Source: Octopus sinensis
Taxonomy: Eukaryota
Length of the DNA stretch: 31,713 nucleotides
Assembly (NCBI RefSeq): GCF_006345805.1
Contig: NW_021823774.1
Coordinates: 1-31,713, forward strand
Direction: 5' to 3'
In this document: piece by piece, positions 12,031 through 24,019 of the stretch
Layout: each line of letters opens with the position of its first letter
Position numbering within the stretch: the first letter of the stretch is position 1
The notes under the pieces: generated by a model
Told to the model about the DNA's origin: nothing
Databases searched by the model: none
The model's input: the letters and a program-made list of their open reading frames with translations, nothing else
Program-made: the position numbers and the translations under genes

Positions 12031-12665
12031 AACAACATTCCTAGTGGCTGTTGTGTTACGAGATTACAGAAGAAGGTAAACTGTACTGTCTTGGGGAAGG
12101 CAGATATCCCATAATTAATTGCTTATGCCTGAAGTTTTTCTTTTTTTTTCGTAATCCTGAACATGGTTAAAGCAAATCTCGTCACAAGGGAACCAGATTG
12201 ACTTGACTTAGTAAACTATCGAATGTTTGTTTTTGTCTCTTTCACCATTGAGACAACACAGGAAAAATAATTTAAAATATACAGCAACAACAATAACAAC
12301 AACAGCCACGACGACAACAACAACAACAACAAAAAAGACATGCGGAACAAACAAACAGATAGTTCTATGTTTGCGTCTCCCTTGTTTCTTAGACATTTTA
12401 GTCAATATCTACGCATCTTATTTCCATCTCTGTTGTTATTGCATCTCTATCTGCCTTCTTTTATGTGTGACATCTCCCCCCTCCCATATATATATATATA
12501 TACATATATACATATATGTACTGATAAGATCCAAGAATCAAGGTGTAGGAAGTTGGCGAGCTTCAATATTTGCTTATATGTGTGTAACATTTAACATGCA
12601 TACACAATCAGACGAGTATATCTGTATTTATATACAAACACACGATTGCGTATTCGTATAAGAAG

Positions 12666-12703
<38 letters not shown>

Positions 12704-12848
12704 ATATATATAGGTATACAAATGCGTGTATATAGTTGTGTATACATATAATTCCCTGTATACCTACTTACTTTGAAAGATATTACATATAATTATGATA
12801 TATGAATAAATACATACTATAATATGTAACTATATTGTAAATAAATAC

Positions 12849-12880
<32 letters not shown>

Positions 12881-12990
12881 CAAATTTATATACATATATA
12901 TGCATATATATATATACATACATATGTATATACATATGTATAAATGTTTATATATAAATATACAAATGTATATATATATATATATATATA

Positions 12991-13114
12991 GTTGAAATTT
13001 ACAGAAAAACAAAAGGCGAAAACAGTGTATAAACACCAAGGCGTAATAGGTTAACGCTCGGGAAAGTGAAAAATGTCCTTTACGTTTCGAGCCTACGTTC
13101 TTCAACAGAAAGGA
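12991..13114 (-). mobile_element. (TA)n-anchored short repeat with a degenerate hammerhead-like motif
   Basis: The minus strand reads TCCTTT-CTGTTGA-A-GAAC-GTAG-GCTC-GAAAC-GTA-AAGGA (13114-13076), then runs ~90 nt into (TA)n. Confidence 0.45.
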
Positions 13115-13279
13115 ACACGAGGAAATATGTAAATATATATGTGTATGTATGTATATATATATACCGCAGAAATATCAAATGTGTTTTGGTAATATGGGTG
13201 CATACTTTGGGTGAATAAAACTATTCCTTGTATTTATAAAACGTTAGCATACATTTTTTTCTCTTCTGCAAATTTCATA

Positions 13280-13655
13280 CATCCTCCTTAATCCCTTCTT
13301 TCTCCTTTTCTCTTGGTCACTGATTCTGTCCCCTGCCTTCCACCCTCTTTGATTCCCTCTCTCTCTATCTCTCTTTCTCTCTCTCCTGCGACCTGCTGCT
13401 TCTTAAACCATTCTGTTGGCCTTCGTATCTCGACCAACATGTGTCCCCGCTACCGAAACGGTAATCATTTCTACGCCAGCTATGTTGTTGTTGTTGTTTT
13501 TGTCTCATTTGGTCTAAAGTCGTATGACAACCACCGTTATATATATTTTGTTTATTCATTACTGTTTTTCAAATTTCGTTTTCGTCTCTTGTATTCACAT
13601 CCGTCTTGTGCGTTCACATTCTTTCTTCTACCAAGAAATCTAATGCTTACAGCTT

Positions 13656-13687
<32 letters not shown>

Positions 13688-13850
13688 CCTGGGGCTGGCC
13701 GAGTTGGAGCAAATATCAGAATTGAACAGCCGAAATTTGCTATGATGATTCGGTTCTGACTGAAGATTGAAGGCTTCGAATGATTTGTCTGTGTTCCGTG
13801 TTCGTCCCTTCCTGTATTTCACGTTCATTATATTATAAAAAACATTCATT
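13280..13850. repeat. ~570 bp direct repeat, copy 1
   Basis: Near-identical to 14028-14590 (offset ~748 bp); most differences are small indels. Confidence 0.95.
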
Positions 13851-14027
13851 CTTATATTATTGCGGCGTTACGTGCACCCCCCCCCGTTTGTTTGTCCAAT
13901 TTTAAACCCTGCACGACTTCTATACACACTGTCTTTCCTACCCCCCGCCATTGCTTCTTCACCAAACATTTTGGCGCCCTCCGATTCTTCCCCTCTCTTC
14001 CCCTCCATCCTCCTCCCCTCTTCCTCC

Positions 14028-14590
14028 CATCCTCCTTAATCCCTTCTTTCTCCTCCTTTTCTCTGGTCACTGATTCTGTCCCCTGCCTTCCACCCTCTTT
14101 GATTCCCTCTCTCTCTCTGTCTCTCTTCTCTCTCTCCTGCGACCTGCTGCTTCTTAAACCATTCTGTTGGCCTTCGTATCTCGACCAACATGTGTCCCCG
14201 CTACACCGAAACGGTAATCATTTCTACGCCAGCTATGTTGTTGTTGTTGTTTTTGTCTCATTTGGTCTAAAGTCGTATGACAACCACCGTTATATATATT
14301 TTGTTTATTCATTACTGTTTTCAATTTCGTTTTCGTCTCTTGTATTCACATCCGTCTTGTGCGTTCACATTCCTGTCTTCTACCAAGAAATCTAATGCTT
14401 ACAGCTTAGTTTTTTTTTTTTTTTTTTTTCCTTGGGGCTGGCCGAGTTGGAGCAAATATCAGATTGAACAGCCGAAATTTGCTATGATGATTCGGTGTCT
14501 GACTGAAGATGAAGGCTTCGAATGATTTGTCTGTGTTCCGTGTTCGTCCCTTCCTGTATTTCACGTTCATTATATATAAAAACATTCATT
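14028..14590. repeat. ~570 bp direct repeat, copy 2
   Basis: Partner of 13280-13850. Part of the unit (CAGCCCCAAGG-An-CTAAG on minus) also resembles ~28225-28290. Confidence 0.95.
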
Positions 14591-14591
14591 T

Positions 14592-14623
<32 letters not shown>

Positions 14624-15438
14624 CAAACATACACACACAAACATATATATGTACGAATATATATATATATAAATACATACATACATACATACATACATAC
14701 ATACATACATACATACATACATACATACATACATACATGCATATATCGACTAAAACGAATTCAAATTAGATTTTTCGAAAATTATTCTTAATTAGAGAAA
14801 TACTTCATATCGAATATTAATCGTATGATATTCAGAGAATATATTATCTTAACAACGCCAAGATAAATTTAAATGTGAATACGAAGCCGGAGAATAGTGT
14901 AATCGATCCATTAATAATGTTGACGCTATCTCTCTGGCAGACAAGAAAGAACCATAGCTAATACAGCGACCTTTGCTTACATAATTTCTTTTGATTTCAG
15001 AATATGCTTTCAGATATTTCATTGAACATTTTCAAGAAATAAAAGGTCTTCGAAACATGTCATTCACATTGAGAAAGTCGACCTGAAGATGGTAGGAATT
15101 CTATTGTTTCTGAACATTATAAAGGGTTACAAATGAATATCTTTCGGGGAAATACGAGTGCATTATCGATGTGCTGTAATACATGGATTCTAAAAATGAC
15201 TTGTTTTAAGAGTTTTGCGCAAGGCTGCTTAGGCAAAGTCAGAGAGGACAGAAGAATTTGAAATATAAAACAAAAACAAGAGCAACAAGCCCATGCACTT
15301 AAGCAAATATCATATACCTATATGTATATATATATATATATAATTATTATTTGAGGGAATAAAATCCAAACTTACAAGGAAAAAGAATTCAATTTAGAAA
15401 TACTAAATCAAATTACACACAATATAATATATATAAAT

Positions 15439-15621
15439 TATTAGAAAAACCCCACATTTTATCAATTCAAATGAATAATTAAATTAACACCATCTAGAAA
15501 ATTACATATAATAGAAAGTTAAAATTAAATTAAAATTAAACTTTTCTATATATGTAATTTTCTAGATGGTGTAATTTGATTATTCATTTTGAATTGATAA
15601 AAGGTGGATTTTTTTCTAATA
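15439..15621. repeat. Fold-back palindrome, ~82 bp arms and ~18 bp spacer, ending in (TA)n
   Basis: 15439-15520 is the reverse complement of 15539-15621 (ACACCATCTAGAAAATTACATATA / TATATGTAATTTTCTAGATGGTGT). Confidence 0.85.
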
Positions 15622-15657
15622 TTATATATATATATATATATAATATCTATATATATA

Positions 15658-15690
<33 letters not shown>

Positions 15691-15707
15691 AATATTATAT
15701 ATATATG

Positions 15708-15755
<48 letters not shown>

Positions 15756-16069
15756 GTGTATATACATATAATGTACAAAGTATTTATATGTATATATATA
15801 ATATGTGTGTGTGTGTGTGTGTTTGTGTGAGAAAGAGAGAGAGAAGCACACAGACTGTCAAAGGGATACATATAGACAGGCCCGCAGACAGACAGACGGA
15901 TGCAGATAGAAAGACACACAGACAGACAGAGGGATACAGAGACATAGATAGACGGAGGAAAGAAGAAATCAGATGTGAATATTCAAAGGTGCCGCGGATT
16001 GCGATCGCGTGTCAGTTGTTATAAATGTCGGAAATCCTTTCACGGTTTTCTCTATTCAGAGTTATACTT

Positions 16070-16098
16070 GTGACTACACACACAAACACACAAACACT

Positions 16099-16168
<70 letters not shown>

Positions 16169-16418
16169 CACACAGGCAAGCGCATATATAATGTGTGTAC
16201 TTACAGAGTGTTTGTGCAAGTGGAAAATTCTAAGTAATTAAATCAGAAGAGGCCCGAGTTTAATATGGAGAATAAATTTAATTTATTCTGTGTATTCCTT
16301 CGTTTCATTTCAATTACCGGTAAACATATACTTTAAGTGGAAATACTTGTAAATAGAGAATCCCGGTACATACATACACTTAAATATATATATATAATAT
16401 ATATATATATATATTATA

Positions 16419-16456
<38 letters not shown>

Positions 16457-16488
16457 TGAAGAGAGAGAGAGATGAACATATAGAGATC

Positions 16489-16534
<46 letters not shown>

Positions 16535-16631
16535 TAGACGGATTAATAAATAGATATTTACCTATCTACCTATCTATTCATCTAATGAGACAGACAGACA
16601 AACAGACAGACAGACTATCAGACAGACAGAC

Positions 16632-16709
<78 letters not shown>

Positions 16710-16710
16710 A
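16070..16710. repeat. (CA)n, (TA)n, (GA)n and (TAGA)n/(CAGA)n microsatellite cluster
   Basis: Direct reading. Confidence 0.95.
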
Positions 16711-17337
16711 GGGAAACGATATACGCATATTTATATGTAACTGCCTATCTATTTGAACTTATCTACGTGCACGAGTTTAGCTCCCTCTATAAGTAACGTT
16801 ACGATAAAAGGCAGTAGTTAAAGACAACACAAGCAAACGAATAAGAGAAACATACGAAAAGACAATAATTTCATACGTGGAAAAGAATCGGATGGAAACA
16901 TATTTGGTTTGAAGGAACAAACGTTTCTCTATTGAAAGCCATTTCCAGTTACCGCGTCACACATCCTTTCAGAGCTAATTCAATCAGAGAAACGTAACAG
17001 AGGGACATAAGAACATAATTTTCTCTGGAAAAGAAACTTGGAGGTTGACTGATGATACATTAGGGCATACGAAAATAAACAGGGAATGATCAGTAATGGC
17101 GGAACTAGAAGTAGATATATCTCTCTACATCCATCTTCCATTGTTTGCTGATACGTGTGTACTGGCTTTTGGTATTATATTTATATATATATATATATAT
17201 ATAATATATAGATTATATATATATATATATATATATATCCGTAATAATGAAGGGTGAAAATTAATTAATTTGGAAAAATTATCAATTACAACAAGTAGTC
17301 TTCGGCATGTAAAAGCATCATTCGAGGAAATTTAAGT

Positions 17338-17778
17338 AATACTAGCATAAGGTTTAGCACGAGTTGCCTTACCACATACCGAATTTAGAAATAGCAGTCA
17401 AAGGGTTATAGGTATTTCTTCTACTAAAAAGGAGATCTCAGTAAAACCAGCATTGGAAGGCAGACACAAACAGGTAAGAGAGAATGAATTGACTGCAATC
17501 TATCATACATTTTTTTAGTTATCCACGGACGTACGTTTCGAAATCAAGTTTTTATGCTTTCCTAAAAACTTGATTTCGAAACGTACGTCCGTGGATAACT
17601 AAAAAAATGTATGATAGATTGCAGTCAATTCATTCTCTCTTACCTGTTTGTGTCTGCCTTCCAAATGGTTTTTACTGAGATCTCCCTTTTTAGTAGAAAA
17701 ATAGCTATAACCCTTTGACTGCTATTTCTAAATTCGGTATGTGTAAGGCAACTCGTTGCTAAACCCTTATTGCTTAGT

Positions 17779-17781
<3 letters not shown>
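17338..17781. mobile_element. ~440 bp near-perfect palindrome (arms ~217 bp, 8 nt spacer 17555-17562) carrying the 3' half of a hammerhead in each arm
   Basis: The inner ~100 bp of the arms are perfectly complementary. GAAAC-GTAC-GTC is at 17578-17589 with its mirror at 17528-17539. No CTGANGA box is present. Confidence 0.9.
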
Positions 17782-17836
<55 letters not shown>

Positions 17837-18277
17837 AGGATACTCTCTCTGTATCTGTATCTATCTACCTATCTATCATTCTATGTATGTATGTATTATA
17901 TGTATATGGTGCTAGAGTGAGCAATATAGTGACCACTCTCTTATATTTATTATGTATATATATATATATGTATAATATATATATATATATATGTCTAACT
18001 ATTCCATTTGTCTATCTATGTATTCAATTTTCTTTTCTCTCTCTCTCCACACATACACACACATACACACACACACACACATACACACACACATATATAT
18101 ATATATGTATATGCATATGTATATATATATACATGTATATATATATATATATATGTGTATGTTTATAGATATAGATATATATATATGTGTATATATATAT
18201 ATATATATATAGACATAAACATATACATATCAATAAACATACATATCAATAAATATACATATCAATAAACATGTATG

Positions 18278-18314
<37 letters not shown>

Positions 18315-18438
18315 GGGTATGTATTTACTTTGTACATATGTGTGCATATTTATTTCAAGAGAATCTCTTGTCAGGAAGCTGACTTTCGCGTACATCAAGC
18401 TAGTTATATAGTACACACCACACACACCACACACACAC

Positions 18439-18491
<53 letters not shown>

Positions 18492-18713
18492 AAAGGAATT
18501 CCAACCTTGTCTGATTTTCACGTTTATTTACAATCTTATAATGATATATTATAAGATAATATATTTAATTGAATAAAATAAAATGAAATAGTAGAATGTT
18601 AAATGTTCATTCTGATTGAACTAGTACTTTCATGCATTGAATTCTGCAATCTTCGGGTCATGTAGTAGTGTTTGACAGTCATGCTTCACAATATATATAT
18701 ATATGTATGGATA

Positions 18714-18771
<58 letters not shown>

Positions 18772-19907
18772 ATATATATATATATATTATATATACATAT
18801 ATATATATTTCAGATATTGTCTTAAACATGCAGACAAGCAAATTCATAATTCAGATATATGACATGAGATATTATGCCATTCAAATAACCACATATTTAT
18901 ATTAAAACATAGACGATAAAAATTCATAGAAAAATAAGAATATAAACATTAAAAAAAAATAAGGCGTGACATGAAAGTAGAAAATATAGTTAGAATAGAT
19001 TAAAGGAGGCGATTAAAAGGATCAATCCAAACCATATGTCTGTGTATTTGTGTGTGTGTGTGTTTGTATGTGCGTGGGTATGTGCGCGTGTATGTATTGT
19101 TGTGTCGGGGGGGGGGGGGAGTCATTCTCTTCTAGTGCCTTATTATTTAACACACACACCGGTACTTAATTTTCCTGAAATTTACTTATTCATTTTTATT
19201 TATTTATTTATCCTGAAATTTTCGTCACGTCCTTCAAGCTTTTGTGTGTTGAATAATAAGGCCCTAAAAGAGAATGACTCTCCCCAGACACAACAGAATA
19301 TGCTTCAACACACGAACTCACATAAAGATTCTATCAAACCAAATCTAAAACCATGTACGTAGGTATGTATGAATGTATATATTCACACACACATTTATAT
19401 ATATCGACACATATATATATACATACGTGTATTATATAATGTACATTTATGCGCGTGTGAGTGTATGTGTGTATGTATGTGTGTTTGTGTATTCATGGGT
19501 GTGTATCTGTTTGTCTGTATACGTGTGTGAGAGTACAGTAGAACAATCATTCGTCTTTATAGAGTTCTCTCCTCGTATTCCAGTTTTCCTCTATTTTTCT
19601 AAACGAGGTTTTATTTATTGTTAAACATTACGCTCTCTCTCTCTCTCCCTCTCTACTCACCCCCGTCTCCGTCTGTCCACTTTGCTATTATAATCCAACT
19701 CCTTAGCATTGATCCTTATTTAATCCATACATCTATGATTTCCGTATCGTCGGTTTTTCATCCGCTAGCGTACCGGCTGACCTTCATGTGTTTCTCTATT
19801 GCACAATTCAATCCTACCAAGAAATATTCTTCTTCTGTTGACTTCAGTTTTCCTTTATGCTCTCTCAGCACATTGTTATTGTATCGATTTCCCTTTCAAC
19901 TCCGCAG

Positions 19908-20100
19908 GTAGAGTTTCTGATGTTCAATGACAGAAGAAATGGCAATTGAAAAAGGTCACATCGTTAAAGAGAAACCTCTTATACACCGGCAGACGCCATT
20001 TCCTTGTGTCTCGAATCTGATATCTTTCGTTCAGTGCACTTTACTTACCATAACTTTTTATGTAGTTTACACACTTTCCAAAATTTATCCACATATCATC
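19908..20100 (+). pseudogene. Possible exon or relic with C2H2-zinc-finger-like spacing (unverified)
   Basis: Pyrimidine-rich acceptor TTTCCCTTTCAACTCCGCAG| at 19907 and ATG at 19927. The peptide EKP..IHRQTPFPC-x5-SFVQ-x3-LT resembles KPYxC-x5-SFxQ-x3-LT, but the second Cys and the His ligands are missing. Confidence 0.2.
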
Positions 20101-20177
20101 TCTACACCAGTTTCTCTGCGCGTAAAGAAAAAACGAAATTACAAGAATCATCATATAAATAATAATTTTTGTAATCT

Positions 20178-20500
20178 TAATAATAATAATGCTGAGACCC
20201 CCTTCGGTCATGACTGACCATGGGATTGCACGTGGAATGTTAACCTCCCAGGCACAGGTCCGGGCAAGGTTGCTTATGGAAGACCAGCAGTCGCCCATGC
20301 ATACCAGGCTCTCCTCTCCACGCCACCAGTGTTATCCAAGGGAAAGGCAACGGCCGATACAGCTTGGCACCTGTGACGCCGCAACTCTTTTCTACAGCCG
20401 AGTGAACTGGAGCAGCGTGAAATAATGTGTCTTGTTCAAGAACACAACACGTAGCCCAGTCCGGCATTCGAACTCACAACCTCATCATCGTAAGCTCGAC
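20178..20500 (-). mobile_element. 5'-truncated tRNA-derived SINE (second family, CORE-like body) with (TTA)n tail
   Basis: The minus strand has B-box-like GAGTTCGAATGCC, then TTGTGTTCTTGAACAAGACAC, and ends in TTA repeats. The head is lost next to the 20506 fold-back. Confidence 0.8.
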
Positions 20501-20749
20501 GATATGTAAGATACATATATAGGGTAGCGAATATTCTTAGAAATATCACCACCAGTGTCCTAGCATGTTTAAATAGTCAATAGACAACATATTCTCAATA
20601 TAAAATAATGTACATTTAAACAAAAGAGAAAACTACCTTTAACGGGTAATTTTTACACGCTAGAAGAAGCAGTCAAAACTACCAAAACCACATTTAATAG
20701 CAATTTTCGAAGGGAATGAAAAATATAAACATATACCTCGTTATTTTTG

Positions 20750-20817
20750 CGGTTATACCTAGGTTTCAAATTTCTTTAGCTAATAAAATAATTTGCTAGA
20801 CGAATTCTCATCAGTAA
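20750..20817 (-). ncRNA. Type I hammerhead motif, stem I truncated by the inversion junction
   Basis: The minus strand reads TTA-CTGATGA-GAATT..AATTT-GAAAC-CTAG-GTA-TAACCG; only 3 bp of stem I remain. Confidence 0.65.
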
Positions 20818-21114
20818 ATTACCTGTTAAAGCTAGTTTTCTCATATGTTTAAATGTATACTATTTTATATTGAGAATATGTTGTCTATTGACTATCTAAA
20901 CATGCTAGACCACTGGTGGTGATATTTCTAAGAATAATTGCTACCCTATATATGTATCTTACGAATGTGTTTAGCATTTTCGAAGAATCAGCTCGGCATT
21001 ATCCATTTACTGCCGACTGAAACTGCGCTTGAGCGCTGAATTTTGAAAAAGTATAACATATATTGATGAGACAAGCGTTATTTGTGTCTGAATTATATGT
21101 TAGCTATTAAGGCA

Positions 21115-21185
21115 CGGTTACTGATGAGAATTCGCCTAGCGAATTATTTTATCTGCTAAAGAAATTTGAAACCTAGGTATAACCG
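21115..21185 (+). ncRNA. Type I hammerhead ribozyme motif
   Basis: Stem I CGGTTA/TAACCG (6 bp). CTGATGA at 21121-21127. Stem II GAATT/AATTT (G-U closing) with inner hairpin AATTCGC/GCGAATT. GAAAC-CTAG-GTA. Predicted cleavage after A21179. Confidence 0.8.
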
Positions 21186-21326
21186 CGAACAATAACGAGG
21201 TAAAAGTTTATATTTTTCATTCCCTTCGAAAATTGCTCTTAACTGTGGTTCTGGTCGTTTTGACTGCTTCTAGCCTGTAAAAAATTACCTGTTAAAGGTA
21301 GTTTGCTCTTGTGTTTAAATGTACAC

Positions 21327-21357
<31 letters not shown>

Positions 21358-21525
21358 AACAAAGATAAATGCGATACAATAAAATTAATTATAATCGCCG
21401 GTGTACCAGTACACGCCATATATTATACATATATCATTACATTCAAGGCGAAGAGTGTACTAGATACACAATAGCTGGATAAATTTAGTGAGATGAGAAT
21501 TAAAAACTTTTACAAACTTAACTTT

Positions 21526-21598
21526 TCTTATACTGCAGTTTCGCCAAATTCAGTAATAAAAATAGTATTTATTTACTCAGGCTGGCTCTTCAGTAAGA
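21526..21598 (-). ncRNA. Type I hammerhead ribozyme, array copy 1
   Basis: TCTTA-CTGAAGA-GCCAG..TTGGC-GAAAC-TGCA-GTA-TAAGA, with 5 bp stem I and 5 bp stem II. Predicted cleavage between 21531 and 21530. Confidence 0.88.
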
Positions 21599-21929
21599 TT
21601 CCTGTTAACGATGGAAAGACCATACCAATAGATCCATGTGCGTCTATCGAAATGCTCTTTCTAAACTATTCAAAACACTGCGCAGACTCCGAACAAACCC
21701 GACAAAATAGGGGATTGTGGTATATCGTCTAACGGTCAGAAATTTATCGAGAGAATATGTAAACAAAGATAAATGCGATACAATAAAATTAATTATAATC
21801 GCCGGTGTACCAGTACACGCCATATATTATACATATATCATTACATTCAAGGCGAAGAGTGTACTAGATACACAATAGCTGGATAAATTTAGTGAGATGA
21901 GAATTAAAAACTTTTACAAACTTAACTTT

Positions 21930-22002
21930 TCTTATACTGCAGTTTCGCCAAATTCAGTAATAAAAATAGTATTTATTTACTCAGGCTGGCTCTTCAGTAA
22001 GA
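21930..22002 (-). ncRNA. Type I hammerhead ribozyme, array copy 2
   Basis: Core identical to copy 1. Confidence 0.88.
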
Positions 22003-22334
22003 TTCCTGTTAACGATGGAAAGACGATACCAATAGATCCATGTGCGTCTATCGAAATGCTCTTTCTAAACTATTCAAAACACTGCGCAGACTCCGAACAA
22101 ACCCGACAAAATAGGGGATTGTGGTATATCGTCTAACGGTCAGAAATTTATCGAGAGAATATGTAAACAAAGATAAATGCGATACAATAAAATTAATTAT
22201 AATCGCCGGTGTACCAGTACACGCCATATATTATACATATATCATTACATTCAAGGCGAGAGAGTGTACTAGATACACAATAGCTGGATAAATTTAGTGA
22301 GATGAGAATTAAAAACTTTTACAAACTTAACTTT

Positions 22335-22407
22335 TCTTATACTGCAGTTTCGCCAAATTCAGTAATAAAAATAGTATTTATTTACTCAGGCTGGCTCTTC
22401 AGTAAGA
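22335..22407 (-). ncRNA. Type I hammerhead ribozyme, array copy 3
   Basis: Core identical to copy 1. Confidence 0.88.
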
Positions 22408-22738
22408 TTCCTGTTAACGATGGAAGACCATACCAATAGATCCATGTGCGTCTATCGAAATGCTCTTTCTAAAACTATTCAAAACACTGCGCAGACTCCG
22501 AACAAACCCGACAAAATAGGGGATTGTGGTATATCGTCTAACGGTCAGAAATTTATCGAGAGAATATGTAAACAAAGATAAATGCGATACAATAAAATTA
22601 ATTATAATCGCCGGTGTACCAGTACACGCCATATATTATACATATATCATTACATTCAAGGCGAAGAGTGTACTAGATACACAATAGCTGGATAAATTTA
22701 GTGAGATGAGAATTAAAAACTTTTACAAACTTAACTTT

Positions 22739-22809
22739 TCTTATACTGCAGTTCGCCAAATTCAGTAATAAAAATAGTATTATTTACTCAGGCTGATCCT
22801 TCAGTAAGA
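22739..22809 (-). ncRNA. Disrupted hammerhead, array copy 4
   Basis: The core reads CTGAAGGATCAGCC and GAAC instead of CTGAAGAGCCAGCC and GAAAC; this may be sequencing error. Confidence 0.55.
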
Positions 22810-23143
22810 TTCCTGTTAACGATGGAAAGACCATACCAATAGATCCATGTGCGTCTATCGAAATGCTCTTTCTAAACTATTCAAAACACTGCGCAGGACT
22901 CCGAACAAACCGACAAAATAGGGGATTGTGGGTATTTGGGTTAATCGTCTAACGGTCAGAAATTATCGAGAGAATATGTAAACAAAGATAAATGCGATAC
23001 AATAAAATAATTATAATCGCCGGTGTACCAGTACACGCCATATTATACATATATCATTACATCAAGGCGAAGAGTGTACTAGATACACAATAGCTGGATA
23101 AATTTAGTGAGATGAGAATTAAAAACTTTTACAACTTAACTTT

Positions 23144-23216
23144 TCTTATACTGCAGTTTCGCCAAATTCAGTAATAAAAATAGTATTTATTTACTCAGGC
23201 TGGCTCTTCAGTAAGA
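23144..23216 (-). ncRNA. Type I hammerhead ribozyme, array copy 5
   Basis: Core identical to copy 1. Confidence 0.88.
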
Positions 23217-23544
23217 TTCTGTTAACGATGGAAAGACCATACCAATAGATCCATGTGCGTCTATCGAAATGCTCTTTCTAAACTATTCAAAACACTGCGC
23301 AGACTCCGAACAAACCCGACAAAATAGGGGATTGTGGTATATCGTCTAACGGTCAGAAATTTATCGAGAGAATATGTAAACAAAGATAAATGCGATACAA
23401 TAAAATTAATTATAATCGCCGGTGTACCAGTACACGCCATATTATACATATATCATTACATTCAAGGCGAAGAGTGTACTAGATACACAATAGCTGGATA
23501 AATTTAGTGAGATGAGAATTAAAAACTTTTACAAACTTAACTTT

Positions 23545-23617
23545 TCTTATACTGCAGTTTCGCCAAATTCAGTAATAAAAATAGTATTTATTTACTCAGG
23601 CTGGCTCTTCAGTAAGA
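23545..23617 (-). ncRNA. Type I hammerhead ribozyme, array copy 6
   Basis: Core identical to copy 1. Confidence 0.88.
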
Positions 23618-23947
23618 TTCCTGTTAACGATGGAAAGACCATACCAATAGATCCATGTGCGTCTATCGAAATGCTCTTTCTAAACTATTCAAAACACTGC
23701 GCAGACTCCGAACAACCCGACAAAATAGGGGATTGTGGTATATCGTCTAACGGTCAGAAATTTATCGAGAGAATATGTAAACAAAGATAAATGCGATACA
23801 ATAAAATTAATTATAATCGCCGGTGTACCAGTACACGCCATATATTATACATATATCATTACATTCAAGGCGAAGAGTGTACTAGATACACAATAGCTGG
23901 ATAAATTTAGTGAGATGAGAATTAAAAACTTTTACAAACTTAACTTT

Positions 23948-24019
23948 TCTTATACTGCAGTTTCGCCAAATTCAGTAATAAAAATAGTATTTATTACTCA
24001 GGCTGGCTCTTCAGTAAGA
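23948..24019 (-). ncRNA. Type I hammerhead ribozyme, array copy 7
   Basis: Core intact; 1 nt deletion in the stem II loop. Confidence 0.86.

Larger units (their letters stand above)
20506..21335. mobile_element. Nested inverted/direct repeat element (A-B-A'-C-B'-A'partial) with two hammerheads; PLE-like
   Basis: 20506-20652 is inverted to 20816-20962, and ~20607-20817 is inverted to ~21118-21335. ATTACCTGTTAAAG repeats directly at 20818 and 21284 (period 466). Confidence 0.85.

Noticed and set aside
15040-15095. GTCTTC-GAAAC-AT-GTC followed by CTGAAGA
   Set aside because: It resembles the 2664-2681 half-site, but the stems do not close; recorded only as a relic.
17049-17080. CTGATGA..GAAA at ribozyme-like spacing
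   Set aside because: No stem II closing pair and no stem III/NUH.
18620-18660. Minus-strand CCGAAGA-TTGCA..TGCAT-GAAAAGTACT
   Set aside because: Multiple core mismatches and no stem I.
21493-21732. 79 aa ORF (MRIKNFYK..) repeated in array units
   Set aside because: No recognisable domain, broken by indels in most copies, and lies antisense to the ribozyme, which explains the unit better.
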